A stretch of DNA of 64,000 nucleotides, from NCBI GenBank assembly GCA_951406725.2, contig OX597826.1, positions 37,324,001 to 37,388,000 on the forward strand, read 5' to 3'. Shown here piece after piece: positions 41,761 to 57,659 of the stretch. Position numbers and translations under genes: made by a program. Under the pieces are notes generated by a model. It saw nothing but the letters and a program-made list of their open reading frames with translations. It was not told where the DNA came from and did no database searches. Origin of the DNA: Octopus vulgaris (taxonomy: Eukaryota). How positions within the stretch are numbered: position 1 is the stretch's first letter; each line of letters starts with the position of its first letter.

Positions 41761-42106
41761 TCTATACTTACGCTTAAGTGAAACAAATCCAATACAATTG
41801 TAACGGATGCTTAAAAAAAAGTTGTGATTTCTGGCGTTCGTTGTCTTAGTGAATATATTCACCAAGATTCCAGCAGAGAAAAAGTCATGATAAAAGGACC
41901 ACATTATGGAAGAAGGTGGCAGAATGACAACCACTATGTCCTGTTCTTTATCTCTATTTCAATATTTATTATCAGTCGGCAGGCAGCAGTGTTAAGTGAC
42001 TTAAACACATCACCTAGATATTTATACTTGGCTGGAATTACAGCAAAATAATTATATTTTTATTTCCACCGAATATTTTTTTAAAAATTTACTTCATATC
42101 TTACTA

Positions 42107-42228
<122 letters not shown>

Positions 42229-42229
42229 C

Positions 42230-43948
<1,719 letters not shown>

Positions 43949-45223
43949 ATTTTTGAAATAAATTCCAATATTTTTTTAATGATTTCTCTTGTTTGCTTTC
44001 TTTCTTTTTTTTCTCACATAAAGTATCGAAGGGAAAAAGACGTTATGAGTAAAATCAATAGAATCTGCAGTGAATATCCCTGCTAAAACACTGTTCAAGT
44101 ATTCTATTGTAGAAGAGAAAAAAATAAAATATTGGTAAAGAACAATAAATGTTCAACTAACTTGCTTTGTAGCAGATTCCATTGTTTTAGTCTGACTTCC
44201 AATCAACTAACTTGATGCTGGTTGCTATTCCATTTGGAATAGAATCTCAACAACACAGCAGCTTCCGTCAAATCATTATTTGATGGTGCTTTTCTCCTGA
44301 TTATTTTCATTTCATAAGAGAACCTGGTACATTTTATTTCGTTTTGATTTAAGCTACAAGAATGTTAAGCTTAATCCATCTAAGCAAATACCTCGTCTCC
44401 ATTCCATGAATCAAACCATTTGCTGTTCTCATAGCAAGAATACAAATGTTATTGTTCATCCGAAGAATAAAATTCTTTTAATTCAATTAGTTATGTTCGA
44501 TAGCAAAGAATTAATTTCTCAACAGGAAATTTCTATACCTCTCCATATTTACAGATCGACTGAATAGTATTCTTAAACCCTTTGTCAAAATATGAAAACT
44601 ATTCATTTTTAGAAGCGAACTAACACAATCTCAACAGCTCTTAGAATCCTCTTCAACATTCTTTCATAAGTGATTGTTGTATTTTGGTTGATATTTTCAT
44701 ATTTTAGATTCTGTTATAGTTTTTTTCTACAACTGATCCTTATAATCTCCACGAAATATCAATGACATTATTCCGTGCAGATGTTCTTTTGTCTTGGAAC
44801 AAAAAAAACTCAAAATCTTATTTTACAGAATTTCCATGAGACATAATTTACTACATCGGATATATAAATTTTGCATATTACGTCAAAAACATTACTTGAA
44901 AATTACCGTTTGAGAAACATACAGAAACACACATAGCCGTAGAGATCTACACACATATACATAGAGACATGCAAACAGTTTTACTATTATTATAGGTTAA
45001 AGATGTGCATTGGATTATTTGCGGAAAAAGTTTTCATTGTCTTCAACAAATCTTAACAAATCTGCAACAATTTTTTATCACAAGATGTGTGAGTTCTAAT
45101 TTCAAGCTTGTAATATGAAAACTCTTTAAGAGTTACACGGAAGTTTTGGTTAGAAATATTTACGCACACGCTTATACATTCATACATAGACATACGTACA
45201 AATGTACATATATATATATATGC

Positions 45224-45290
<67 letters not shown>

Positions 45291-45439
45291 TGGATATAGA
45301 TATATATACATATGTGTGTGTGTGTGTATTATGTATGTATACATATATATATATATATATAAATATATATTTGTATGTATGTATGTATGTATGTATGTAT
45401 GTATGTATGTATGTATAGTTGCAGACAGACACACGCATA

Positions 45440-46303
45440 CAGGTTGCGGTGAATAAAATGTCGTCTAAATTACGCAAAAATGAAAATAACACTGACATCT
45501 CATTTTCAAAGATTTATTCACCAACACTGCAAAAAAAATATTTAAATATTAATTAAAAAGTAAATTAGTTCAATACAATCGCCATTTTCTTCAACCACGG
45601 CCTCCAGACGACTTCAGAATCTTGTGCAACTCTTCTGTGGGGTATCCTTGTTTATGCTGGTGTATGCTGCCATAATCCTTGCTTTCAATTCATCTTTGGT
45701 GTTACAAGGGGTTTTGTGGGTCACTCGCTCAACTGCACCCACACATAATAATCAAGGGTGTTGCAGTCTGGGGAGTTACGTGGCCAGGTGTTAGGGTTGA
45801 TGTACTTGGAGAAATTGTCTAACAGCGATGACTGAGTTTTCCTGCTTGTGTGACATGGTACAGAGTCCTGTTGCCAGACATAGGGTCTTCCAGCAAGCCA
45901 CCCTCTTGACCCAAGGCAGCGTAACCTCCTCCAGGCACTTAATGAAAGCCTCGGCGTTGAGTAGAAAGATGAATGGAGGCATAAGGTCGTCATCACTAGT
46001 AATCACTCCAAACACCATGTGGTTGACTGGATGTTCTTGCTTACCACTCTCGGTACATGTCCTCAGATTGACAGCCAAACATTCTGAAACTATCATATTG
46101 AGGCTTCCGGCGTGAACGCCAATCAGTACAGCATGTCGTTTCCAAATTTCTGGCAGAGTGAATTGTTTCGTGATGCTGTTTGTCTTACAGACAGTGCCCA
46201 ACTGTCCCTACTATAGTGTGTAGTCGACAAAATCAAAAATTAAACAATGCACATGCGCGAAATTAAAAGCATAAAATGGCAAACATTTATCCATCACATG
46301 CTG
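45440..46303 (-). mobile_element. Internally deleted maT/Tc1-mariner element (same family as 28806)
   Basis: TA|CAGGTTGCGGTGAATAAAATGTC terminus; WQQDSVPCH and WPRNSPDCNTLDYYVW motifs. Confidence 0.85.
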
Positions 46304-47049
46304 TGAGTGTGAGTGTGTGTGTGAGTGTGTGTGCGCGTGTGCGTGCGCGCGTACATGTACTGCAAATGATGAATAGAAATGACATTTCTGATTTCGCATT
46401 AAAGCCGTAAAAATTTTCAGAAAAGCTATATCTATTCATTTTACAAATATATAATACTGTATCAAGGACTTTCTATTTCTTATTCTACTATACATTTATA
46501 TTATATACATATATAATCATGTATTTATATATATATAAATATATATGTGTATGAATACATATATTCATGTCTTTAATATGTATATATATATATATATATA
46601 TACATATATGGGTTAATTTGTCCTGTCTTCCATTGTTTTCTCCTTGTTTACGTATTTCATTCGTTCTTGTCCTGTAATTACTATCTACGTCACATGTGTT
46701 TATGTGATTTGCACCTTTGGTGATGTCCTGTACCCATATATGCATGTATATATATATATATATATATAATTAAATGCCACACATCTATATATAGATATAG
46801 ATATAGATATATAATTGGAACAAAAGCGCAATAGACTACAATAAAACATTCAGGCAGATAGACGGATGCATACATATATTCATACATACACACACACATA
46901 TAGATGGATAGATAGATAGATAGAGAGAGAGAAATTGCAAATAATAAAACGTGAAAATCAGATTAAGTTGGAATTTGATTAGTATATTGTTCCGTAAACA
47001 ATCATGCAAACTCTTACATACATACACACATACATACATGCATGCATAT

Positions 47050-47124
<75 letters not shown>

Positions 47125-47194
47125 TACATATATACATATATACATATAAACATTTATACATATATACATACACACATACATACATACAACAAGA

Positions 47195-47506
47195 TGGATC
47201 GGGTTCAGTCCCAGTATGTGGCACCTTGGAATAGTGTCTTCTACCTCGTACTGACCAAAGCCTTGTGAATGGTTCGACATAAACTGAAAGAAAGCCCATC
47301 ATGTGTGTGTGTGTGTATGTATTTCTGTGTTTATCACCCCACCATCGCTTGACAGCCGGTTTTATTGTGTTTACGTCCCCGTAACTTAGCGGTCCCATAC
47401 GAGTAACCGATAGAATATGTTCAAGGCTTGGGGTTCATTTCTTCGACTAAAGGTAGTGCTCCCGCATGGCACAAGTCAAATGAGTAAAACCAGTAAAAGA
47501 ATAAAA
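47195..47506 (+). mobile_element. SINE family A
   Basis: gggttcagtccca...gtgtcttctac...(TG)n...ttacgtccccgtaacttagcgg...gtaaaagaataaaa. Confidence 0.85.
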
Positions 47507-47508
47507 TA

Positions 47509-47552
<44 letters not shown>

Positions 47553-47557
<5 letters not shown>

Positions 47558-48349
47558 CAACAATTGAGGGTAAAATTAATTAATTATTAATCAATTTCAC
47601 CAAGTATTCAGTATGTAAAGGGACCATTTAAGGCGAATTCAAATTATTACATTATATAAAGGGGCTTAGTAAAATAAATTACTTTGCCACATACTGAACT
47701 CATTAGAAATAGTAGCTAAAAAAACTTTTTTAAAACTATTTCTAATACTTAAAGAAAATCTCTCTCATATAGTGTTTGCTCAATTCAACTCACGAAAGTA
47801 TGGGGGTAAAGACATTAAAAAATCAAATGCAAAGGTTATTTGAGAACGTACGTTTCAAGATTAGTCAACTCGACATTTCTATCATCAGCTCAGAACTCCT
47901 TGGTTTGGATTTGAAAACACTGAAAGTGGGAGCATACCCTTTCGGCTTCTTATCGCTTCTGAAGATCTGCTCGAAACTAACAGTGCCAGCAAACCCAAAA
48001 TATGCAAGCGAAGAGTTTCTGCTCTCCCCTTTCCACCAGCGTGGGTTAAAATCAGTAAACACTATGCTTTTTCGGTAAAATCCGAAGCATTAAATAGAGA
48101 GAGATGAATTATAATTTCAACAATTGAGGGTAAAATTAATTAATTATTAATCAATTTCACCAAGTATTCAGTATGTAAAGGGACCATTTAAGGCGAATTC
48201 AAATTATTACATTATATAAAAGGGCTTAGTAAAATAAATTACTTTGCCACATACTGAACTTATTAGAAATAGTTTTAAAAAAGTTTTTTTAGCTACTATT
48301 TCTAATGAGTTCAGTATGTGGCAAAGTAATTTATTTTACTAAGCCCTTT

Positions 48350-48357
<8 letters not shown>
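47553..48357 (-). mobile_element. Non-autonomous Penelope-like element: 560-bp unit + ~160-bp direct repeat + inverted arm, in (TA)n
   Basis: 47557-47713 is repeated at 48117-48273; 48261-48357 is the reverse complement of ~47651-47747; minus-strand HHR inside. Confidence 0.8.
47841..47892 (-). ncRNA. Minimal type I hammerhead ribozyme motif
   Basis: Minus strand reads TGAG-CTGATGA-tagaaatgtcgagttgactaatctt-GAAA-CGTACG-TT-CTCA; palindromic helix III (AACGTACGTT), imperfect stem II. Confidence 0.7.
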
Positions 48358-48416
<59 letters not shown>

Positions 48417-48467
48417 TGGCTGATCAACAGTAAGGAAAGACACACGAAAATGAAAGAAGAAAGTAAA

Positions 48468-48524
48468 GGACCGCTGATGAGATCACAGAAGTATGGCGAC
48501 AGAACTCTGACCGAAATACGATTG
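48468..48524 (+). ncRNA. Decayed hammerhead-like motif
   Basis: ggaccg-CTGATGA-gatcacag...ctctgacc-GAAA-ta-cgatt; stem II pairs at 6 of 8 positions; helix III is essentially absent. Confidence 0.35.
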
Positions 48525-48643
48525 ACTTAAAATAAAGCTGAAGCAAGTGAACACCAAATATATAGTGCGTGCGTTTTTATTAGCTAAACTGGCAACATGA
48601 CCATCCCCAAATTAAACAATATATATACATATATATATGCATG

Positions 48644-48680
<37 letters not shown>

Positions 48681-48719
48681 TATAGATGTATATATATATA
48701 CACATATATATATACATAT

Positions 48720-48897
48720 AAAGAAACACTAATCATAGAACAATCATCAAATTCGAGTCAACAACTTTATATATAACGCCATACTTCAAAAAACATTTGA
48801 TCATATGTTATTTTATGATCAAATGTTTGAGATATGGTGTTATATATAAAGTCGTTAACTCGAATTTGATGATTGTTCTATGATTAATGTTTCTTTA
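48720..48897. repeat. Long near-perfect palindrome (~85-bp arms, ~10-nt spacer)
   Basis: aaagaaacactaatcatagaacaatcatcaaattcgag... pairs with ...ctcgaatttgatgattgttctatgattaatgtttcttt. Confidence 0.85.
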
Positions 48898-51349
48898 TCT
48901 TTAGTCTCATTTACATTTGAGCACTTCTTTTTTGCAGTTCTATACACTTTTTGTTTCCATAAAAAGAGACAAGTATTATTTCTTGTCGTATATTATATAT
49001 GTGTGTTTGTGTATGTGTATGTATGTATGTATGTATGTATGTATGTATGTATGTATGTATGTATGTATGTATGTAGCAACTCTTGCAATTTCAGCCGGAT
49101 TGACAATGTACAGAAACATAGAATGAATGGATCGGATCTTACATCAGTTTCGGCGAGGGGCATTCAGGCTCATCAATGCAAACTACATAAATCAATGTAT
49201 GACTGGCTCAGTATTCCGAAGTTGTTTGTCATTTATGGCCACATTAGCGTGTTTCTGCGTATAGCAAAACGGAAGCTTTCAATTACGTTGTAGAGTTTAT
49301 AATTCGAACTGTCACTACTTTTTTATTTGTTAATTTGTACTTGACTCCTTCGTAAAGGCAACCGGGCTGTGGAATTGAACTCTGAACAAAAAGAATACAG
49401 GATGAAATTGATAACTGTTTGTCATAACTTTCCTCCAAGCAACCATAGATTTTTTGGTTCGTTTTCAATTAACTATGCTTATGAATGTGACAGTTATAGC
49501 AGGAATATCCGCGAGCTGGAATCGAATCAGAGACAAATTTATAAAGAAAACCAAATGTGATTCCACCTGGCCAAAGTTACATTCTTCAAAGTGAATGAAA
49601 AGCAAGCATCTTCTTTTAGGTAGTGTCAGTAATATTTGATGTGCGTGTGTAGGTATATGTATGTATATACATGTGTGTGTATGTATATATATATATATAC
49701 GTGTCCATGTGTATGTATATAGACAACTATTCAGTTGCCCAAGGCTATACGTCTTTTAACGAACACACAAGCTCTCGCATATGAACATTTATAAGTATAC
49801 AGATGCTCTATGCAAAAACATATACTATCTAACACAACTCGTGTGATTCACTTTCTTTTTGTCTCAATGAAAACGCAGTGTAGGCTATGTAGGAAATATG
49901 CATCAGTGCTAGAAGGCACAGGAAAAACTGATTAAGCAGCAATAGATTCACAGAAAACAAACAAATGAGTGATATGTTTAAGTGCCATGAGAAAATTGAA
50001 AGAAATATATTGGGCGTGGATATACTTTGGCAAAGAAATGAACAACTAAAAACCTGAGAAGTAATGTTCATTATGATTAGAAAGCTTAAAATATATTTGG
50101 CTTTGATTTATTTTTGCATGTTTTACGTTTCTCTGAATGTATTGAGTATACTTTGTTTGTAAAAACGGATGCAGATAAATTTAGACATCAATTTCTGTTT
50201 TTAAGAAAAATCATGACAGTATGAAGGCTAGTGCGTTTTCTTTCTAAGATAGAAGTAATAAGGAAGAAATTGGAAACAGAGTTTTACCAAAGAATATAGA
50301 CGGTTAACAAAAAGAAATTCTTTTAGATGCAATCAGAGATGGAATGTTCAGTAAGGTCACGGGTGGAATATTTCTGAATTTTGTGAATGGAACTGATGAG
50401 GGAATTCGAAATGAAAAATAGAGAGCCAAAGAAATATCATACATAGACATGAAATACGTAAAATTAGGTGTCGCAACACGGAAATCAACATCTCAGAAAA
50501 TGTGGGTAGAAACATAGAAGAAGAAAGAAATGTAGAAAGACAATTACGCAGACATGAAGGTAAATAGAATAGCACACAGTAAACGAGCAACAATGCAACT
50601 AGTTAAGCAAAATAGATGGATAAGATCAGAGATAGGGAAGTAGGAAAATTCGGGGGCAAAACAACCATATAGATATATTGGTGGTAGGTGAAAATAGAAC
50701 TTATATATACAATTATTGAAATGATTGCAATTGTGAGACGCTATATAAAAATGCGTTAGAGCCTCCAGTTACTGAACTATGAAATAATTTAAGCATGCCA
50801 AATTCTCTAGCAAATCTAGAACACACATTCCCAATTATAAAATAAAACTAAATAATCAAGACAAATATAAATGTTAAATTCTTTTCTCCTGGAATACGTT
50901 AGATAAATTTGACTTCCTTTTTTACATAATAAATTTTGCAGAATGTTTGAAAATTACTTTAATATATGCTATTAGTATGTTAACGAGATAAAATAAATTC
51001 TTGAAATGTCTAATGACATTTCAAAATATTAATTATAACAAATTATTGGATTTTTGAGAATGCCTTTATTCAAAAGCTTTCAGGAAAGAAAATTTCACTA
51101 TTCAACTGTTATTTCACTTGACTGCACACTGGGACCGCAGCAATACACTGAAATAGTGCACTTTTAGTAAGTTTGCAACTACATTTACATTATAATTATA
51201 CTTTAGAGTTTGAATTTGCGTACATAAATGTGTTTGTAGGCTTATGTACTTGTGGATATGTGTTTTAAATGGTTTTAAATTGACTCTGCACTTACGAAAA
51301 AAATAAAACATGCAAATTTACAAAATTCTAATGTTGCTTTTAGATGATG

Positions 51350-51421
<72 letters not shown>

Positions 51422-52436
51422 CAACAACAGCATGAAGAAAATCATGATGATGTGGATGGTGATGATGATAATAATAATAAAAACATCAACAACAATAACA
51501 GCCCATATCATTAATGCAAATTCTGCTTTGCTGATTTTAATGTTACATCTGAAAGAATTGGTATAAAAATTCCGTGGCTGGCAAAGTGCTGTAATGTTGT
51601 TTTATCTGTGTGTAAACTTGGAAGGGAAGAGTGTATTTTCTGTAGTTTTGAATACCGATATTTATATATATATGTATGTGTGTGTGTGTGTGTGTGTGTG
51701 TGCATGTGCGATTGCATGGCTTTACAGCGTATATACATTTTTATATCGGTTCAAATTTCTATAGAGTATCATAGGATTAACCTTATATTTTACACTTCAT
51801 TTTAAATATTATGTATGTAGGAGGGTACTTTGATCATAAACCTTTGCGGGTCGTCTAAGATCAGTGACATCGAAGCAGTCGGTGCTTTTAAACATGTGCA
51901 CGTTGAAAAGAGAAGGAAATAAAATCCTTCTGCGCCAAGCCGGTTTGCTGCTTCACCAGTAATTGCTTCTCCTACGCAGGAGGGGTATACCAAGAGGTGT
52001 CCCGCCCGCTGTGGGAACTAGAATAGGCTGAACTATTCGTTAATTACATCTGGAGTCAACTTTCTAATGATCCACGAGTTGACGTTGTGACATACGCATG
52101 CTATAGAGACTTATATTAATTAAGGTATATGGAGTAGGTGTATATCATATTTTAATTGACAAGATACATTGGAACTAACTCCTTCGCTCGCAAAGAACGA
52201 ACACTTTCATTCCATTTGTCAACTTCTTACATCCTACCTTGTAATCACGTCCGCCATCTCCGAAACTTTCACAATTTTGTCGACAACTCTATATCTAACA
52301 AACATCTCGTCCACACTTTCGTTATGACTGCCTTTTATAAAATCATCACTTTCCATTCCTTTCTTAATACCACCCCTACCACCTCTCACTTTCAGTTCCT
52401 CTATTCCTGTCACCTCTGCCGTCGCTGTCAGCACTT

Positions 52437-55400
52437 AGACATCCAGTCACATAGGCCGTCTTTCCTTTCTACAAGCTTAACCCAATCTAGTATAAATTAC
52501 TGTATCTTGAGCTCACCAAATCAGCCACAGCTATGTCCTCTCTCTGGACACCCGACTCGACCCAAAAGCACCCTATTTCCTTTGCCTTTTTATTCCTCCA
52601 ACATATTGTTCTGCTATGAGGTCCTTATCTTTCTTCTATTCACACCCTACCACGTTCTGCTTCCCAAATTCAACCCGTCTGTCATTAAAGGGCAACGTAC
52701 TCTACACATCTTCCTTATCTCTAACCTCATCCAACTCCGCTGATCACTGGTCCCGTGTTCTCACACTTGTCAATTTCTCAACAATTCTAATTCCCGTATG
52801 ACGGAGACACTGCACCGTTACACGTTTCTGATTCCTATATCTACACCTCCGCAGTCATCACCATCTACTTTAAAGATGCTCCCAGGCGATCAATACTTCA
52901 GTTTAACTGGCAACCATTTCGCTAACCGATGCTCAGGACGTATTTATGACATCGTCCCAGAAACTTCTCACTGGCCATTTCCATTCTGCGAACAATTCGA
53001 CACAGCGTCCCACAGTGCTTGGCTCCGCTTTACACAACTGATCCGAGAGGAGACAGCGTTTTATATTTTCTCTCCAAACTTACACTTCCTTCGACCTCAG
53101 CTTACCATTCATTTTCCTCTATTATTGTAACAACACCCGTGTTAGATATATGGATACATATTCACACCAGAACATCACACACACATGCTCCATATCCACA
53201 AAAAACACACAGACCAGTTCATATAATACACATACAGAAACGCACATATACATGCAGCCACACGTATTCATACGACCAACATATAGACATACTGTGAACA
53301 TTTCAGTTATCTCTCAGCAGCACACAAGCACAGAAATACCCGATACAAAATGATAAGCAGGCACATTTCTGCTTCAAATGCCAACTCACGCACACTTCAA
53401 ATGCACACTCGCGCACACACACACAGTCACGTGATATACTGGATCTACTCAAACATACGCACATTTAGTCATACAAGAACTAAACACGACAAAAAAGGTA
53501 TCCTGCACTCAGCTACTTCCTTTAGCAATCAAAGACATCCAGTCACATAGGCCGTCTTTCCTTTCTACAAGCTTAACCCAATCTAGTATAAGTTACTGTA
53601 TCTTGAGCTCACCAAATCAGCCACAGCTACGTCCTCTCTCTGGACACCCGAGTCGATACAAAAAGCACCCTATTTCCTTTTCCTTTTTATTCCTCCAACA
53701 TATTGTTCTGCTACGAGGTCCTTATCTTTCCTCTCTTCACACCCTACCACGTTCTGCTTCCCAGATTCAACACGTCTGTCATTAAAGGGCAACGTGCTCT
53801 ACACGTCTTCCTTATCTCTAACTCCATCCAACTCCCCTGGTCACTGGTCCCGTGTTCTCACACTCGTCAATTTCTCAACAATTCTAATTCCCGTATGACG
53901 GAAACACTGCACCGTTACACTTTTATGATTTCTATATCTACACCTCCGCAGTCATCACCATCTACTTTAAAGATGCTCCCAGGCGATCAGTACTTCAGTT
54001 TAACTGGCAACCTTTCCGCTAACCGATGCTCAGGACGTATTTATGACATCGTCCCAGAAACGTCTCACTGACCATTCCCATTCTGCGGACAATTCGACAC
54101 AATGTCCCACAGTGCTTGGCTCTGCCTTACACAACTGATCCGAGAGGAGACAGCGTTTTATATTTTCTCTCCAAACTTACTCTTCCTCGACCTCAGCTTG
54201 CCATTCATTTTCCTCTATTATTGTAACAAAACCCGTGTCAGATATATGGATACATATTCACACCAGAACATCACACACACATGCTCCATATCCACATAAA
54301 CACACAGACCAGTTCATATAATACACATACAGAAACGCACATATACATGCAGCCACACGTATTCATACAACCAACATATAGACATACTGTGAACATTTCA
54401 GTTATCTCTCAGCAGCACACGAGCACAGAAATACCCGATACAAAATGATAAGCAGGCACATTTCTGCTTCAAATGCCAACACTCGCACACTTCAAATGCA
54501 CACTCGCGCACACACACACAGTCACGTGATATACTGGATCTACTCAAACATACGCACATTTAGTCATACAAGAACTAAACACGACAAAAAAGGTATCCTG
54601 CACTCAGCTACTTCCTTTAGCAATCAAAGACATCCAGTCACATAGGCCGTCTTTCCTTTCTACAAGCTTAACCCAATCTAGTATAAGTTACTGTATCTTG
54701 AGCTCACCAAATCAGCCACAGCTACGTCCTCTCTCTGGACACCCGAGTCGATACAAAAAGCACCCTATTTCCTTTTCCTTTTTATTCCTCCAACATATTG
54801 TTCTGCTACGAGGTCCTTATCTTTCCTCTCTTCACACCCTACCACGTTCTGCTTCCCAGATTCAACACGTCTGTCATTAAAGGGCAACGTGCTCTACACG
54901 TCTTCCTTATCTCTAACTCCATCCAACTCCCCTGGTCACTGGTCCCGTGTTCTCACACTCGTCAATTTCTCAACAATTCTAATTCCCGTATGACGGAAAC
55001 ACTGCACCGTTACACTTTTATGATTTCTATATCTACACCTCCGCAGTCATCACCATCTACTTTAAAGATGCTCCCAGGCGATCAGTACTTCAGTTTAACT
55101 GGCAACCTTTCCGCTAACCGATGCTCAGGACGTATTTATGACATCGTCCCAGAAACGTCTCACTGACCATTCCCATTCTGCGGACAATTCGACACAATGT
55201 CCCACAGTGCTTGGCTCTGCCTTACACAACTGATCCGAGAGGAGACAGCGTTTTATATTTTCTCTCCAAACTTACTCTTCCCTCGACCTCAGCTTGCCAT
55301 TCATTTTCCTCTATTATTGTAACAAAACCCGTGTCAGATATATGGATACATATTCACACCAGAACATCACACACACATGCTCCATATCCACATAAACACA

Positions 55401-55728
55401 CAGACCAGTTCATATAATACACATACAGAAACGCACATATACATGCAGCCACACGTATTCATACAACCAACATATAGACATACTGTGAACATTTCAGTTA
55501 TCTCTCAGCAGCACACGAGCACAGAAATACCCGATACAAAATGATAAGCAGGCACATTTCTGCTTCAAATGCCAACACTCGCACACTTCAAATGCACACT
55601 CGCGCACACACACACAGTCACGTGATATACTGGATCTACTCAAACATACGCACATTTAGTCATACAAGAACTAAACACGACAAAAAAGTTATCCTGCACT
55701 CAGCTACTTCCGTTAGCGATCAAAGACA
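52437..55728. repeat. Tandem array of three ~1095-1096-bp units
   Basis: AGACA junction at 52437, 53533, 54628 and 55724; identical ORF translations repeat at ~1095-bp spacing. Confidence 0.95.
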
Positions 55729-55964
55729 CATATACGCCAATAAGACGCATATAGACACATGCCTATCTTCCTGTCCATGCTGCTGCTAAAACATTGACCT
55801 TTTCAGCGAACACCATATTTCCATCCCCTCACTGACCAAATATGTTGAGCAGCAGTGCCTAGTTTCATGCGCTTGAGCTTCCATTTTCTCCCCATTTCCT
55901 TACTTTTAGAATTGTCCTTTTCCTTTCTTTATCTTTTCTCATAATATCCAGAACCAAAAATATA

Positions 55965-56118
55965 TCCGCATGGTTTCAGGTTCAGTCCTATTTTGTGGCA
56001 CCTTGAGCAAGTGTCTTCTACTTTAGCCTCGGATGGACCAAAGCCTTGCGAGTGGATTTGGTAGACGGAAACTGAAAGAAGCCTGAAGTCGAGTGACTGA
56101 AACAAATGCAAGATGAAA
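55965..56118 (+). mobile_element. SINE family A, internally deleted
   Basis: Head and body joined directly to the tail ...gactgaaacaaat. Confidence 0.75.
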
Positions 56119-56259
56119 GATATATATATGTGATATAATATAGATTTAAAAGGAGCGTGTGTTTGTGTGTGTGTGAGTGAGAGGGAGAGAGAGAGAGACT
56201 AAGAGGACGCTATAATGAAATGTTAGTGTACCATTGTAGATAATGTTCGGGACTCAATT

Positions 56260-56328
<69 letters not shown>

Positions 56329-56741
56329 ATGGATGGATGGATGTGTATATATATATATATATTTCTATCATGTATTTTCTATAATGTATAGAAGGCCGGT
56401 GCTAGGAAGTGCGGAACATAATTACAGAATTGTCAGAGGGGTGGCCTCTACTCTACAAATGTTTGATGTTTTATGATTTCTGTAGTGCACCAGACCCAGC
56501 CAAAAAGCTTTTGGGGCATGAGGAACCACCATTAGCCACAATGGTGCACTAAAACGTCATCATATTATTCTTCGCTCGAATGCGTGCGCGAAGCCCTCTC
56601 CGGAGGCTGGACAGAAAAAAATACATGGAGAAATTAGACGAAAGCGGAGCAAACGAGTAAACTTAACGGATGGAAAATTAGACAAAAGCACGATACACGG
56701 AATATTCGTAGCAGTACATATATATATATATATATATATAT

Positions 56742-56904
56742 AGGCGCAGGAGTGGCCTTGTTGTAAGTAGCTTGCTTACCAACCACATGGTTCCGGGTTC
56801 AGTCCCACTGCGTGGCATCTTGGGCAAGTGTATTCTACTATAGCCCCGGGCCGACCAATGCCTTGTGAGTGGATTTGGTAGACGGAAACTGAAAGAAACC
56901 TGTC

Positions 56905-56954
<50 letters not shown>

Positions 56955-57170
56955 ATATGTTTATGTGTCTGTGTTTGTCCTTCTAGCATTGCTTGACAAC
57001 CGATGCTGGTGTGTTTACGTCCCCGTAACTTAGCGGTTTGGCAAAAGAGACCGATAGAATAAGTACTGGGCTTACAAAGAATAAGTCCCGGGGTCGATTT
57101 GCTCGACTAAAGGCGGTGCTCCAGCATGGCCGCAGTCAAAATGACTGAAACAAGTAAAAGAGTAAAAGAG
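56742..57170 (+). mobile_element. SINE family A, full-length (tRNA-like head, internal TA/TG microsatellite, (AGTAAAAG)n tail)
   Basis: B-box gggttcagtccc, CORE-like cttgggcaagt segment and repeated tail; several related copies in the window. Confidence 0.88.
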
Positions 57171-57471
57171 TATATATACAAATAAATGCCACTCTAGGTA
57201 CTTCGATAAATTGCTAGCACTCGTCATCGTCTAAACTTGAGAAACATTGAGGTTGCCAATCTGTAACTTATTCCTCCTGGACATCCCAAGCGTCTGTTTA
57301 ATCTTCATTCGGCTCGTTAACCATTACTGTTCTTCCGTGTAGTAGTTTGGAATATTTGAGTGTTTTGAATCGTTTACGGCAAATAAAAGTTAGGTGCAGG
57401 AAAATAATATTTTATATGAATAACAAACACAATGTAGACCGTTAACGCGAGTTTAATCGAAACAATTTTCT

Positions 57472-57605
57472 TTCTGTATTTAAGAGATGAGGAATTATGG
57501 ACATTATTTATATAATTATTTACATATGCCCACGGGCATATGGCGTAGTGGTAAGAGTACGGGCTACTAACCCCAAGATTCCGAGTTCAATTCCAGGCAG
57601 TGACA

Positions 57606-57659
<54 letters not shown>

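Noticed and set aside
47959-47986. Plus-strand CTGAAGA-tctgctc-GAAA
   Set aside because: The intervening bases cannot form stem II.
50393-50415. CTGATGA-gggaattc-GAAA
   Set aside because: Weak stem II, no UH site or stem I, and no repeat context.
52437-55728. Tandem array as a CRISPR or retrozyme array
   Set aside because: No repeat-spacer structure, and no valid HHR in the unit (the GTGATGA...GAAA match does not fold).
57533-57605. Functional tRNA gene
   Set aside because: The acceptor and T stems do not pair well and it is embedded in a repeat element, so it is treated as a tRNA-derived head.
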